In this document: positions 19,018 to 27,352 of the stretch, piece by piece | How the letters are laid out: each line of letters starts with the position of its first letter | Position numbering within the stretch: position 1 is the stretch's first letter | IMG/VR virus record: IMGVR_UViG_3300030397_000530 | Location: 1 to 46,741 of that record | Origin: a virus | Lineage: Duplodnaviria > Caudoviricetes | Length of the DNA stretch: 46,741 bases | Reading direction: 5' to 3' (one strand) | Notes under the pieces: model-generated | Databases searched by the model: none | What the model saw: the letters and a program-made list of their open reading frames with translations, nothing else | What the model was told of the DNA's origin: nothing | Position numbers and translations under genes: made by a program

Positions 19018-19304
19018 AAAACTATGCGTAAAAATTAGCGCATTGTGGGCTATTCTGAGCGAGTTTAAGACATTTTGTTCTTTCCAGGGGTTTGTATCAT
19101 TTCGCCCTTGAGTCGCTTAAAACAGCTTAAAACGCCTTAAAGATGTTTTGAAGCGGATATTAAATATCCATTCCCCCGCGAACTGCACCAAAGCAGATCA
19201 TTCCCCCGTCCCCCTAATTTTTAAAATTATCGTCCGGTCCTCTCTCAGTACATCTGTTGGGGGACTTTTGTATTTGGGGTTGGGCCGGACCAATTCTAAA
19301 TGCT

Positions 19305-20552
19305 ATGAGGGGGACATACCGACCAAGAATACCAACCTATTTTGAGCAGCATTTACCCTGGATTAGAAATCTAAGCCATGAGCAACTGTGTAACATCAGA
19401 GACAATCTAGGCGATCTATCCAATCCAGAGAGTAGCTTCACCAGGAAAAAGGAAGAAATAAAGAAGGAATCCAAAAACGGGGTTTTGTCTGTAGAGTACA
19501 AGGGACCAAAAACAATTACCACTACTGAACAGGCTGCGGAGCTTTGCGACATTGATTTAAACCAATGGGAAGCTAAAGACGGAATCTCTTTTCGGAATTG
19601 GGAAGTGACCACAAGCGAGGGCAATACCTACACTAATTATTACTTCCGGGTAGATTTCAAAAGAAAGAAAAAAGACCTGGAGCAGATCAGAGCTGCGCTG
19701 CTGGCTGATATTCCCTCTGCTCCGGTATCGAAACCCGTTCAAAGAAAAAAAAGGGCATCACAGCATCCCTATGTGGTCGAGTTTGCTATTATGGATCTGC
19801 ATTTGGGCAAGATTCCGTACACCAAAGAGGTAGAATGGAGCTTGGAGGATTCCCGCAAAGTCTATTTTGCTGCGATCTTTGACACATTGGAGCAATTAGA
19901 TACTTCGAAGATTGATCACTTTATTCTGCCTACCGGAAACGATTTTTTCAATATTGATACTCCATTCAATGCCACCACGAAAGGCACTCCGCAAATGGCC
20001 GGCATTCACTGGACTGATTTATTTTCTTTTGGTCATCAGTTGGTGAGTAGTGCCATAACTGAACTAGTGAAGATTGCACCCGTTTTTGTTTACATGGTTC
20101 CGGGTAATCATGATCAGAATAGTGTGTTTACAATGGGAGAAGTTTTGGCAGCAAGATTTGAAGGGAATAAATATGTGACAATTAATAACACGCCTATCAA
20201 AAGAAAGTATCACCGCTTCGGATTGAATCTCATTGGCTTTTCTCATGGGAATAATATCAAAGCAAAAGACGCATTCAGTGCAATGAGTACAGATCAGCCG
20301 GTCGAATTTGGACAAACGAAATTCCGATACTTTCATACCGGACACCTACACAAAAATTCAAAGCGGTGGAATGTCGATACTCAGATCAAGGATGAATACA
20401 ACGGGGTCGAAATCGAGGTCTGCCCGTCCTTGTCTCCGACCGATGTTTGGCATTATCAGAATTTATACACCGGGAACATTCGCAGGTCAAAGGCTTTTGT
20501 TTACCACCGAGATAAGGGAATGGTAAAGGAATTCAATTACACCCTTCAATAA
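19305..20552 (+). CDS. Calcineurin-like metallophosphoesterase
   Basis: DLHLG, GNDFF..D, PGNHD, SHG and GHLH motifs. ATG at 19305 (GCTATG context) is preferred to TTG at 19257. Confidence 0.88.
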   Translation: MRGTYRPRIPTYFEQHLPWIRNLSHEQLCNIRDNLGDLSNPESSFTRKKEEIKKESKNGVLSVEYKGPKTITTTEQAAELCDIDLNQWEAKDGISFRNWEVTTSEGNTYTNYYFRVDFKRKKKDLEQIRAALLADIPSAPVSKPVQRKKRASQHPYVVEFAIMDLHLGKIPYTKEVEWSLEDSRKVYFAAIFDTLEQLDTSKIDHFILPTGNDFFNIDTPFNATTKGTPQMAGIHWTDLFSFGHQLVSSAITELVKIAPVFVYMVPGNHDQNSVFTMGEVLAARFEGNKYVTINNTPIKRKYHRFGLNLIGFSHGNNIKAKDAFSAMSTDQPVEFGQTKFRYFHTGHLHKNSKRWNVDTQIKDEYNGVEIEVCPSLSPTDVWHYQNLYTGNIRRSKAFVYHRDKGMVKEFNYTLQ

Positions 20553-20885
20553 AAAAGCCGGATCAATTGACCCGGCCACAAAGCACAAAAAACGCATAAG
20601 AGCGTTCTCCAACAGCTTTAACTGAACTTCATTGCTAGTGAAAGCCGGGCCAACTTCTGCCCGGCTGCTAATAACAGATCTATTTCACTAATACAACTAT
20701 TGCCTTTCTGAAAAAGACTGCGACCGGAGTCGCAGCCCTGAGCAACTTATGCGAAAACAACTCTACTCTTCAAGTAAAAGCCAGGGCTGGAGCCCTGACC
20801 GATCGATACTAAAAGAAACTTACTCGCTGATTTTGGAAAATGGACCAGGCTGACGGATCAGCCCGATCCAATACCCCAAAAAACC
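20553..20885 (-). ncRNA. Hairpin-spacer array L1 (five GC hairpins), putative sRNA array
   Basis: Hairpins at 20557-76, 20643-66, 20716-37, 20779-800 and 20842-69. Plus-strand A.C mismatches become G.U pairs on the minus strand; two UCCG loops; each hairpin is followed by a short U-run on the minus strand. Confidence 0.55.
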
Positions 20886-20890
20886 TTCTT

Positions 20891-21442
20891 TTATCTCTTT
20901 GTTGATTCTGCATAAACCCATTTATAGCCACAAACTAGGTGGTTCTTTTTCTTTCCTGCGACATTTCTAATCGTCTGATTGTGAACACCCATTGCCCTGG
21001 CAGCCTGACCTGCCGAATAGTATGTTTTTACAATCTCGTTTGTTTCGGGGTCTAACTGGTGGACTGCTTTAGATAGTGGGTGTTTTTGAAATGCACGATC
21101 TATTAAGCCGTTGGTAATTGCGTGCCTAATATTGCTTTTGTGGCTAACCCACTCTAAATTATCCAAGCAATTATTACTCTTGTCTCCATCTATATGGTTC
21201 ACATACTCCATTCCTTCGGGCGGTCCTCCCTTAAACGAAAGCAGTACAAGCCTGTGAACTCTGGCGAATTTATACTTTCCCTTATTGCTTAACCAAATTC
21301 TGCAATACCCTTTTCTGTTTGTTTGTTGCTTTCTTATCATTGCAACTTTACCACAAAGGGACTTTATTCTCCCATAGTTTGAGATCTCATAACGCCCTTC
21401 ATAACCCAACATTGGAACAAATATTTCATCTATTTCTTGCAT
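20891..21442 (-). CDS. NUMOD4-HNH-NUMOD1 homing endonuclease
   Basis: GYEGRYEISNYGRIKS (NUMOD4), VHRLV...VNHIDGDKSNN.LDNLEWV (HNH), YYSAGQAAR (NUMOD1), GYKW. Confidence 0.92.
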   Translation of the reverse strand: MQEIDEIFVPMLGYEGRYEISNYGRIKSLCGKVAMIRKQQTNRKGYCRIWLSNKGKYKFARVHRLVLLSFKGGPPEGMEYVNHIDGDKSNNCLDNLEWVSHKSNIRHAITNGLIDRAFQKHPLSKAVHQLDPETNEIVKTYYSAGQAARAMGVHNQTIRNVAGKKKNHLVCGYKWVYAESTKR

Positions 21443-21640
21443 AAAAACAATTTGATTATCCCGCTAATTAAAGAAATGCAATTCAAGCTACCCAAAGGCC
21501 GGACCCGAACAGGTGAAGGAACAGGCCCGGCATAAAGCAAAATGAAATTAGAAAATATTAAACTCCAGTATGAAAACATGATAAATTCTTTTAAAAGGCC
21601 CGGCCAGCTTCCCAACCGAACCGGGCGTCTAGGGGGAATG
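21443..21640 (-). ncRNA. Hairpin-spacer array L2 (two hairpins), continuation of L1 across the HNH gene
   Basis: GCCGG..CCGGC at 21498-21531 and GCCCGG..CCGGGC at 21598-21626, each followed by TTT on the minus strand. Confidence 0.45.
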
Positions 21641-21642
21641 AA

Positions 21643-22962
21643 TTATCTGTTTGGCTTGCACCCATCGGAGCAATACCTATTCCTTGGACCCGCTGCCTTG
21701 AACTCAGTTCCACATCCTTTGCACTCGATTATATCTCCCTTTCTCACGCGTACGCGTGCGCGGCTACGTGCGGCTGCGCGCGCAGCTGCGCGCGCAGCTG
21801 CATTATGCGTAGGCGCGAGGGAATTACTCTTGTCTCTTTTTTTCGGAGCAGGGGAGGTGTTTTGACTCTCGATGCTCTCTCCTGCTTTGATAGCAAGCCT
21901 TGTATTCAATTCCTGGTTTTGAATTGCCATACTTGCAGTCAATCGACTAAAGGGTATTTTAATCCGATCAATGATTGCTTGAATAGTAATTGATTCTTTT
22001 ATTTCGATTCCGTTTTTACCCTGCTCCCTTCTTTTCTCAATTTTGAGCGTGAATAGGAGGAATGATAAAAGAGCCAAAGCAGGCTCCAGAAAGTTCAAAA
22101 ATACAGACAATCTTTTTCCCGCTTTACGCGCACTGTCATTGGTTGTTTCTATGTCGTTGTTTACCATTTCGACTACCTGATTTTTGGCGGCTGATTGATC
22201 CATTTTAGACTGATAGGCAAAGTCGTTTATTTTCTTTTGTAGTTCGTCTATTTCATTGTCTTTCTTTGTGATAGCTTGAGAAAAAGCCTTTAGCGTATGG
22301 CAGTTTTCACAGCGATTCAATGCAGAGTTAATACTACCTGCAAGATACTGCTTTCTGGCATAAGATGTTGTTTGATTGAGCATGGTTTCCTTTTCCCGCT
22401 TCAGTGTTGTTAGCTGATCATTCCAGGAAGCCAATAAAGGGTCTTCCGTGATGCTTTCGATCTGGTTAGCCACGATTGCTTTTTCAACCAATTCTGTCCT
22501 TTCTTGGATCGTGACTTTCTTTGATTCCTCATAGGCGTCTTTGATGAATCCATTTGATAGAAGACTTACAGTTGCAGTCAGTGCGTACAGAAAGAAAATC
22601 ACTAGCATGATACTAAACCATTTAGCTGTCTTTGGTTGAAGATCTCCGGCATGTGCCTTTTCCTGTGCAGTCTCTTTGTAAATAGCCAAAATCCCATCGA
22701 CACACATGGCAGATATAAGGGCAGTTACTATGCACCAAGCCTTGTGTAGTTCGAATGACGCTCCGATATTATATCCAGTTACTCCACTGGTGATAGCTAA
22801 AACCATATCAGGAGCTATGCTTGCGTATTTGAGCTTGGTATAACTCTGCCTGAGTGCAGTCTTATGCACAAAGTTATCATAAAGCCTAATTAACTTTCCT
22901 CCAGAGGGTATCTTTTTTTGTTGCTTGTTTTCTCCTAAATGCTCGACCTTTAATGCTTTCAT
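21643..22962 (-). CDS. Membrane protein with coiled coil, Arg/Ala linker and C-terminal zinc finger
   Basis: Three to four hydrophobic segments, a long coiled coil, CENC, and CKGC-x11-RYCSDGC at the C-terminus. Confidence 0.75.
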   Translation of the reverse strand: MKALKVEHLGENKQQKKIPSGGKLIRLYDNFVHKTALRQSYTKLKYASIAPDMVLAITSGVTGYNIGASFELHKAWCIVTALISAMCVDGILAIYKETAQEKAHAGDLQPKTAKWFSIMLVIFFLYALTATVSLLSNGFIKDAYEESKKVTIQERTELVEKAIVANQIESITEDPLLASWNDQLTTLKREKETMLNQTTSYARKQYLAGSINSALNRCENCHTLKAFSQAITKKDNEIDELQKKINDFAYQSKMDQSAAKNQVVEMVNNDIETTNDSARKAGKRLSVFLNFLEPALALLSFLLFTLKIEKRREQGKNGIEIKESITIQAIIDRIKIPFSRLTASMAIQNQELNTRLAIKAGESIESQNTSPAPKKRDKSNSLAPTHNAAARAAARAAARSRARVRVRKGDIIECKGCGTEFKAAGPRNRYCSDGCKPNR

Positions 22963-22983
22963 AATTCACCTGTTTTTAAATTT

Positions 22984-23358
22984 TTAAATCACCTCCAGTT
23001 CATTTGCTTTTGTGTAGTCTATTTCTGAATATATTGGCTTTAACTCATCTTCTGTTATAGTCCGGATCAGCCGATCCAGCTCGGCAGTCACTTCATCCAT
23101 TGTCATTTCTCGCTCTGGCTTTATTGGTTCCAAAACAGGGAATGAATCAAGCAGGTCACAAAGGCATTGCCGCTGCTCCTTTTCTTCTTTGATGAAATGT
23201 AGATTAACTTGCCGGTCTGCGTGCGTTCCCTTTGGACCTGGTGTGATTTCTCCACTTACTGATCCGTAAAGCAACCAATCAAGGAAATGAATAACCAGAT
23301 AGGCTGATCCAAATAAGCACAACACAAAGACAATCAATTCTTTTAACTCCGGACTCAT
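22984..23358 (-). CDS. Hypothetical membrane-anchored protein
   Basis: N-terminal hydrophobic helix; tightly coupled within the leftward operon. Confidence 0.65.
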   Translation of the reverse strand: MSPELKELIVFVLCLFGSAYLVIHFLDWLLYGSVSGEITPGPKGTHADRQVNLHFIKEEKEQRQCLCDLLDSFPVLEPIKPEREMTMDEVTAELDRLIRTITEDELKPIYSEIDYTKANELEVI

Positions 23359-23359
23359 A

Positions 23360-23617
23360 TTAATTTATTTCAAATTTAACACCCTGTTTTACTCGCTTTG
23401 GTTGGTTCTTGTAAACCACCTTAGTCATTCCGCTTTTATCGCGCTTCTCTTTGACTACCTCCCTCAATTCATCCTCTAGTCCTCGGATTTCTCCTGTTAG
23501 TCTTGCAATCTCATTTCTTTCCTCTGCCTGTTCCCATGCCAGTCGCTTGCGCTCTTGAAGCAACACAAAAAGCCGAAACAAAATATCTATCGCAATGAGA
23601 ATGAGGATTGCATTCAT
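23360..23617 (-). CDS. Hypothetical protein, N-terminal TM plus coiled coil
   Basis: Likely start at 23617 (MNAILILIAIDILFRLFVLL); first gene of the leftward operon. Confidence 0.6.
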   Translation of the reverse strand: MNAILILIAIDILFRLFVLLQERKRLAWEQAEERNEIARLTGEIRGLEDELREVVKEKRDKSGMTKVVYKNQPKRVKQGVKFEIN

Positions 23618-23663
23618 GCAGGAAACTTTGTATAATTTTAAATATATTGCAAAATACAAAAAT

Positions 23664-23679
23664 TAGCACTATGTTGCAA
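23664..23679. promoter_or_regulatory. Putative operator TAGCA-N6-TGCAA
   Basis: 23666-79 (GCACTATGTTGCAA) is the exact inverted copy of 23969-82. It adjoins a minus-strand TATTTTGC -7-like box at 23649-56. Confidence 0.55.
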
Positions 23680-23703
23680 AACACACGAGTGAAACTTGCC
23701 CAA

Positions 23704-23967
23704 ATGAGTGATAAAAATTACTTTCAGGGAGACAATACAGAAGGAATGGAGACGACTCCCGAAAGGTTTTACGACCTGTTAAACAACTACTTAGACAGCC
23801 ATAATCGAAGCAGATCAGCAGCAGCGAATGAATTATCAGCAGCGACCGGCATTTCTCCGAGAATGATTATTTATTATGCAGCCAGAGAAAAAGAGGCCAC
23901 TTTGGCGAACTTTTTCAAGATAATGGACGCGATAGGGCGGCAGGTTCAGGATTTTCCGAAAGAATAA
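23704..23967 (+). CDS. XRE-family helix-turn-helix regulator
   Basis: ELSAATGISPRMIIYY.....ATL..FFKIMDAIG HTH pattern; divergent from the leftward operon. The start could be 23671, 23704 or 23746. Confidence 0.75.
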   Translation: MSDKNYFQGDNTEGMETTPERFYDLLNNYLDSHNRSRSAAANELSAATGISPRMIIYYAAREKEATLANFFKIMDAIGRQVQDFPKE

Positions 23968-23968
23968 A

Positions 23969-23984
23969 TTGCAACATAGTGCAA
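23969..23984. promoter_or_regulatory. Putative operator TTGCA-N6-TGCAA
   Basis: Perfect 5-bp inverted arms; inverted twin of 23664-79. Confidence 0.55.
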
Positions 23985-24214
23985 AATCATTGCGTAAAAT
24001 TTACACAAAATTAAATTTAATACCTTTCCGGGCGCAACTTGTTTTTATTACTCTTTTCTCTTATATTGTTTACCCCCTCGTAATATACAATCCTTTTCAA
24101 GCCTTAAGGCAGGACTAAACTCCTGTCTACCATAACTATTTTTCTATCTATGAAGCCCTTGCAGCCTTGCTATGCTTGAATAGTTAAGATCATTCATGTA
24201 CAACCCTGTTACCC

Positions 24215-24964
24215 ATGAAAAGCACCAAAAATACCAAGCTAATAGAGAGCAGGTATAAACACAAAACCAAGTTATATATTTTCCTGATCTCCGCTGCACT
24301 AGCCTCTGTTAACTACCTTTTAGCTGTCATTTTTAGTGATGGACACGCTAAGGTTTACTTATTTGTAACCTGGCAGCTATTCTGGTGGTTCATGTACAGC
24401 TACTCCAAACACTTGATCAAAGACGGTATTATTCCACAAAAGACACCTACCCGGATATTTGCTATCGGTATTTCCATAAATGCCGCATTTCTGGCAGTAG
24501 GGCAGTTGATAACCAGGTGGCTAACAGATCTGCGTTTTGCTGATCCATTTTGGAAGATATTCGCCTCTGATATGGTGGCGGCCGTTTTGATCGGAGGCAT
24601 TTACTTTTACTTTAGAACACACCAGCACAATGCCAAACGCAGGAAACAGGAAATGAAAACCTATGAGGTATTAGGGAAGCGGTTGGTACTGAATCTGCGG
24701 AGTATGGAGAATTGGTCATCGATCCGGCTTGAATCAGAATACCTCTACCCAGGACTGATTGATGAAATAAAAAAAAATGGTGATTTTCCAGATATATACA
24801 TCCGTATGATCGTATATAATAAATTTGATTTCTCAGCGGCTAAAATTATGCAGATAGAAGGGATTACTCGACAAACAATGAGAAAACGGAATGAGCGAAT
24901 GAGAGACAAGGTAAGGCAGGAAACAGGCATGGAGTTGTCAGATTTCTTGCAAAAACTCGGTTAG
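24215..24964 (+). CDS. Membrane-anchored transcriptional regulator (4 TM plus LuxR-like HTH)
   Basis: Four hydrophobic helices, then FSAAKIMQIEGITRQTMRKRNERMRDKV, resembling Bacteroidota C-terminal LuxR-type HTH domains. Confidence 0.6.
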   Translation: MKSTKNTKLIESRYKHKTKLYIFLISAALASVNYLLAVIFSDGHAKVYLFVTWQLFWWFMYSYSKHLIKDGIIPQKTPTRIFAIGISINAAFLAVGQLITRWLTDLRFADPFWKIFASDMVAAVLIGGIYFYFRTHQHNAKRRKQEMKTYEVLGKRLVLNLRSMENWSSIRLESEYLYPGLIDEIKKNGDFPDIYIRMIVYNKFDFSAAKIMQIEGITRQTMRKRNERMRDKVRQETGMELSDFLQKLG

Positions 24965-25040
24965 TCACGCAATGTCACGGTCTGGTCACGATTTGTCACG
25001 GCTTGTCACGCAATGTCACAACCCGGTCACACAGGGTCAC
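24964..25040 (+). repeat. Eight helically phased GTCAC direct repeats
   Basis: GTCAC starts at 24964, 24974, 24985, 24995, 25005, 25015, 25026 and 25036. Confidence 0.92.
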
Positions 25041-25144
25041 AAAGATTTAATAGAAAAAGAAATGAACTATTGACATAAGGGTGATATGTGCATAAATTAT
25101 TAATTGTCACCTATTAACAAACCAAAACAACAGGGGGGGGAGAT

Positions 25145-25318
25145 ATGGAAAAAATAGAAACAGAAATAGAAGCAGAGAACCACACTAAACCACACGCTCT
25201 CGAAACTATCAATTCTCTTGAATTAATAATCAAAGACTTGAAGCTGCAAGAAAAGAAGCTAATAGACGAGATCAGACAGACTACTGAGTTGCTGAATCAG
25301 AAGCTGCAAGCGAAGTGA
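25145..25318 (+). CDS. Small coiled-coil protein (57 aa, below the ORF-track cutoff)
   Basis: MEKIETEIEAENHTKPHALETINSLELIIKDLKLQEKKLIDEIRQTTELLNQKLQAK; A-rich leader. Confidence 0.5.
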   Translation: MEKIETEIEAENHTKPHALETINSLELIIKDLKLQEKKLIDEIRQTTELLNQKLQAK

Positions 25319-26060
25319 TCAACTCTGCAAGCCGGTAGCACTCTGCTATCGCTTGTTTGTCACCACTACGCAGTGTGATGTCATGATAGTATTTATCGCC
25401 CGTAAAGCGAACCTTAATCGTCTTATCGACATTGCTGGAGATAGCGCGGAGGATTGCCTTTTCGTTTTCATAGGTAATCACCTCCCAAACTTTACCGCCT
25501 TCGTTTTCTCGCCTGTTGTTGTCATTGTACGACGGCACTGTTGCGCTTTGGTATTTGTCCTCACCGATCAACACTGTGATCTTGGTATGAAACAACCAAT
25601 CGTCTGCATGGTAGTTGCTGTTCAACCACGCATACCCGGAGGAATTAACGCCAGCGGTCAGGGTGGTGCGGTTAGGCCAGTAGTTACCCCAGCGTTTGTG
25701 GTTGTAAAATCCAATATCCTGGAATTCATCTTTTTTGTAGGTGAATTTTGCTTTGAGCTGGTCGAATTCTTTTTGATTAGCTTTTCGCTGCTCCGCTTTC
25801 TCTGCCTTTACCTGAGCAATCTGCCCCCGGATCACCTGGTCAACCGAATCCGCAAATGGTATTTTTCTTTCGGGATCTGCTTTGGCAAGCTGCAAATAAA
25901 GACTATCTGTCGGAATGGTGATACCTGCTGCCTTTGCGTCCGTAACTGCTTTGACCAGGATTGAAGATGCGCTATCCTGTAATATGCGGCTGGCTTTTGA
26001 TTGTTCACTTTCAGAACAGGCGAGACAAAGGAGTAAAGGAATCCAAAAGAGGTTTTTCAT
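25281..26060 (-). CDS. Lipoprotein, possibly lysogenic conversion or superinfection exclusion
   Basis: MKNLFWIPLLLCLA-C lipobox; lies downstream of the repressor gene. Confidence 0.7.
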   Translation of the reverse strand: MKNLFWIPLLLCLACSESEQSKASRILQDSASSILVKAVTDAKAAGITIPTDSLYLQLAKADPERKIPFADSVDQVIRGQIAQVKAEKAEQRKANQKEFDQLKAKFTYKKDEFQDIGFYNHKRWGNYWPNRTTLTAGVNSSGYAWLNSNYHADDWLFHTKITVLIGEDKYQSATVPSYNDNNRRENEGGKVWEVITYENEKAILRAISSNVDKTIKVRFTGDKYYHDITLRSGDKQAIAECYRLAELITSLAASDSATQ

Positions 26061-26074
26061 GATGCAGGGGAATT

Positions 26075-26112
26075 AAAAACCTCCTACCTAAAAACGACAA
26101 TAAGTAGGAGGT
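26075..26112 (-). terminator. Terminator-like hairpin after the repressor gene
   Basis: ACCTCCTAC (26079-87) / GTAGGAGGT (26104-12) stem, with a T-run on the minus strand. Confidence 0.55.
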
Positions 26113-26130
26113 GGTATAGCACGAAAAAAT

Positions 26131-26475
26131 TTATTGACTATCTAGCTTGTGTAATATCAAATTCAGAGTATTCTTTATCTCTGCTAAATCAAAAATAGAT
26201 TTCTTTAGTTGCTCAACCTCTTCTTTCAGGGCTTTGATCTGTGCCTGTGCATCAAAAACCGAGTTGTTCTCCTGGGCTTCTTCTGGCAGAAATAGAGAAT
26301 AAGCACTCGCCAATCGATTCAATTCACCCTCCTGTACTTTCTTAACCCTGCCTGTGTTAATATTCTTTAGTCGCTGCTCGTCTATTCCGATCCGATTAGA
26401 AATGGCATGATAGGAGACTCCTTCTGTACCATTGATGATTCCAAGGTATTCAATAAATTTTTCGCTGTTACTCAC
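26131..26475 (-). CDS. CI-like HTH repressor without peptidase domain
   Basis: VSYHAISNRIGIDEQRLKNINTGR HTH plus a C-terminal coiled coil; divergent from the early rightward operon. Confidence 0.75.
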   Translation of the reverse strand: MSNSEKFIEYLGIINGTEGVSYHAISNRIGIDEQRLKNINTGRVKKVQEGELNRLASAYSLFLPEEAQENNSVFDAQAQIKALKEEVEQLKKSIFDLAEIKNTLNLILHKLDSQ

Positions 26476-26625
26476 CTGTTGTTGTTTTGCGCTAAAATTC
26501 GCGCTTTATTTTTTCAATTCCCTACCCTAAAAAGGGTATATAATAAAATTTATCGCACTTTTATTTGCAATTATGCACTTTTACGAGTACATTGTGTACA
26601 TATTCATTATAAAACTACGTGAATA

Positions 26626-26838
26626 ATGGTAAATACACAAGATACTGGAACGGTAAAAATCAGAAAAACCATTTGTTTCACAAAAGATAACAGAGAAAGG
26701 ATTGAGGCAAAATGGAGAGCAGAAAAGAAAAAAGTGGAGCAATCCGAAGCTAAAGGAGTTACCGTTACACTGAATAAACTTCTTAATGATCTATTGGAAT
26801 TAGCCCTGAATGTAGAAGCTGAATCAGAAGCCATTTAA
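26626..26838 (+). CDS. Cro-position regulator, ribbon-helix-helix (Arc-like)
   Basis: KIRKTICF beta strand, a helix, then TLNKLLNDLLELAL; first gene divergent from the repressor. Confidence 0.55.
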   Translation: MVNTQDTGTVKIRKTICFTKDNRERIEAKWRAEKKKVEQSEAKGVTVTLNKLLNDLLELALNVEAESEAI

Positions 26839-26850
26839 AACCCACTCACC

Positions 26851-27303
26851 ATGACCAAACACATCCAACCAGTAACGAACTGTCCACAATGGGATGCAAT
26901 CGATCAAAACCCGATTGAATCGGACGGAAAGGGATTTCTAATTATTTGCAGCAGAGGGCCAATGAGGCTTTTCATCTACAATGATGATCACGAATTCGAG
27001 ATCATTGACAAAAAGGTTTTGCAGATCCTGAATGCAGCGGGAGTGATTTCAGACTACCGGATTTCAGAAACGCGGAGAGGGATCAGGATGGTAAATATTT
27101 TCACAGAAATCAGGGTAGACAAAAAACTGCACGCTCATGGGCGACAAATGAAGGTTTTTGAATTCCTACGGCAAAACACAGAAAAGAATTTAGACCTGCT
27201 CTTAGCCACTGCGATCGAGGAAACGAAAGAGGGCAGTATTGAAGGGATATATATTCCTGAGAAGCATGTTTCTGCGATAGACCTGATTAACGAACTCCTA
27301 TAA
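26851..27303 (+). CDS. Hypothetical protein
   Basis: 150-aa ORF in the early operon. Confidence 0.7.
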   Translation: MTKHIQPVTNCPQWDAIDQNPIESDGKGFLIICSRGPMRLFIYNDDHEFEIIDKKVLQILNAAGVISDYRISETRRGIRMVNIFTEIRVDKKLHAHGRQMKVFEFLRQNTEKNLDLLLATAIEETKEGSIEGIYIPEKHVSAIDLINELL

Positions 27304-27352
27304 AACAAAAAGGGCAGCAGCTCATCGCCAATGCCCTTAAAAAAGATTCGGT

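Noticed and set aside
19040-19270. TTAAAAC triplet and CATTCCCCCG pair as an origin or att site
   Set aside because: Short, low-complexity repeats; a better origin (31739-31930) and attP (38000-38215) exist elsewhere.
20891-21442. Group I intron around the HNH gene
   Set aside because: No interrupted host gene and no recognisable intron core.
21542-21865. Plus-strand 107-aa ORF
   Set aside because: Antisense to the 439-aa gene; its openness follows from the palindromic GC repeat.
25353-25964. Plus-strand 203-aa ORF
   Set aside because: Shadow frame opposite a clear lipoprotein gene.
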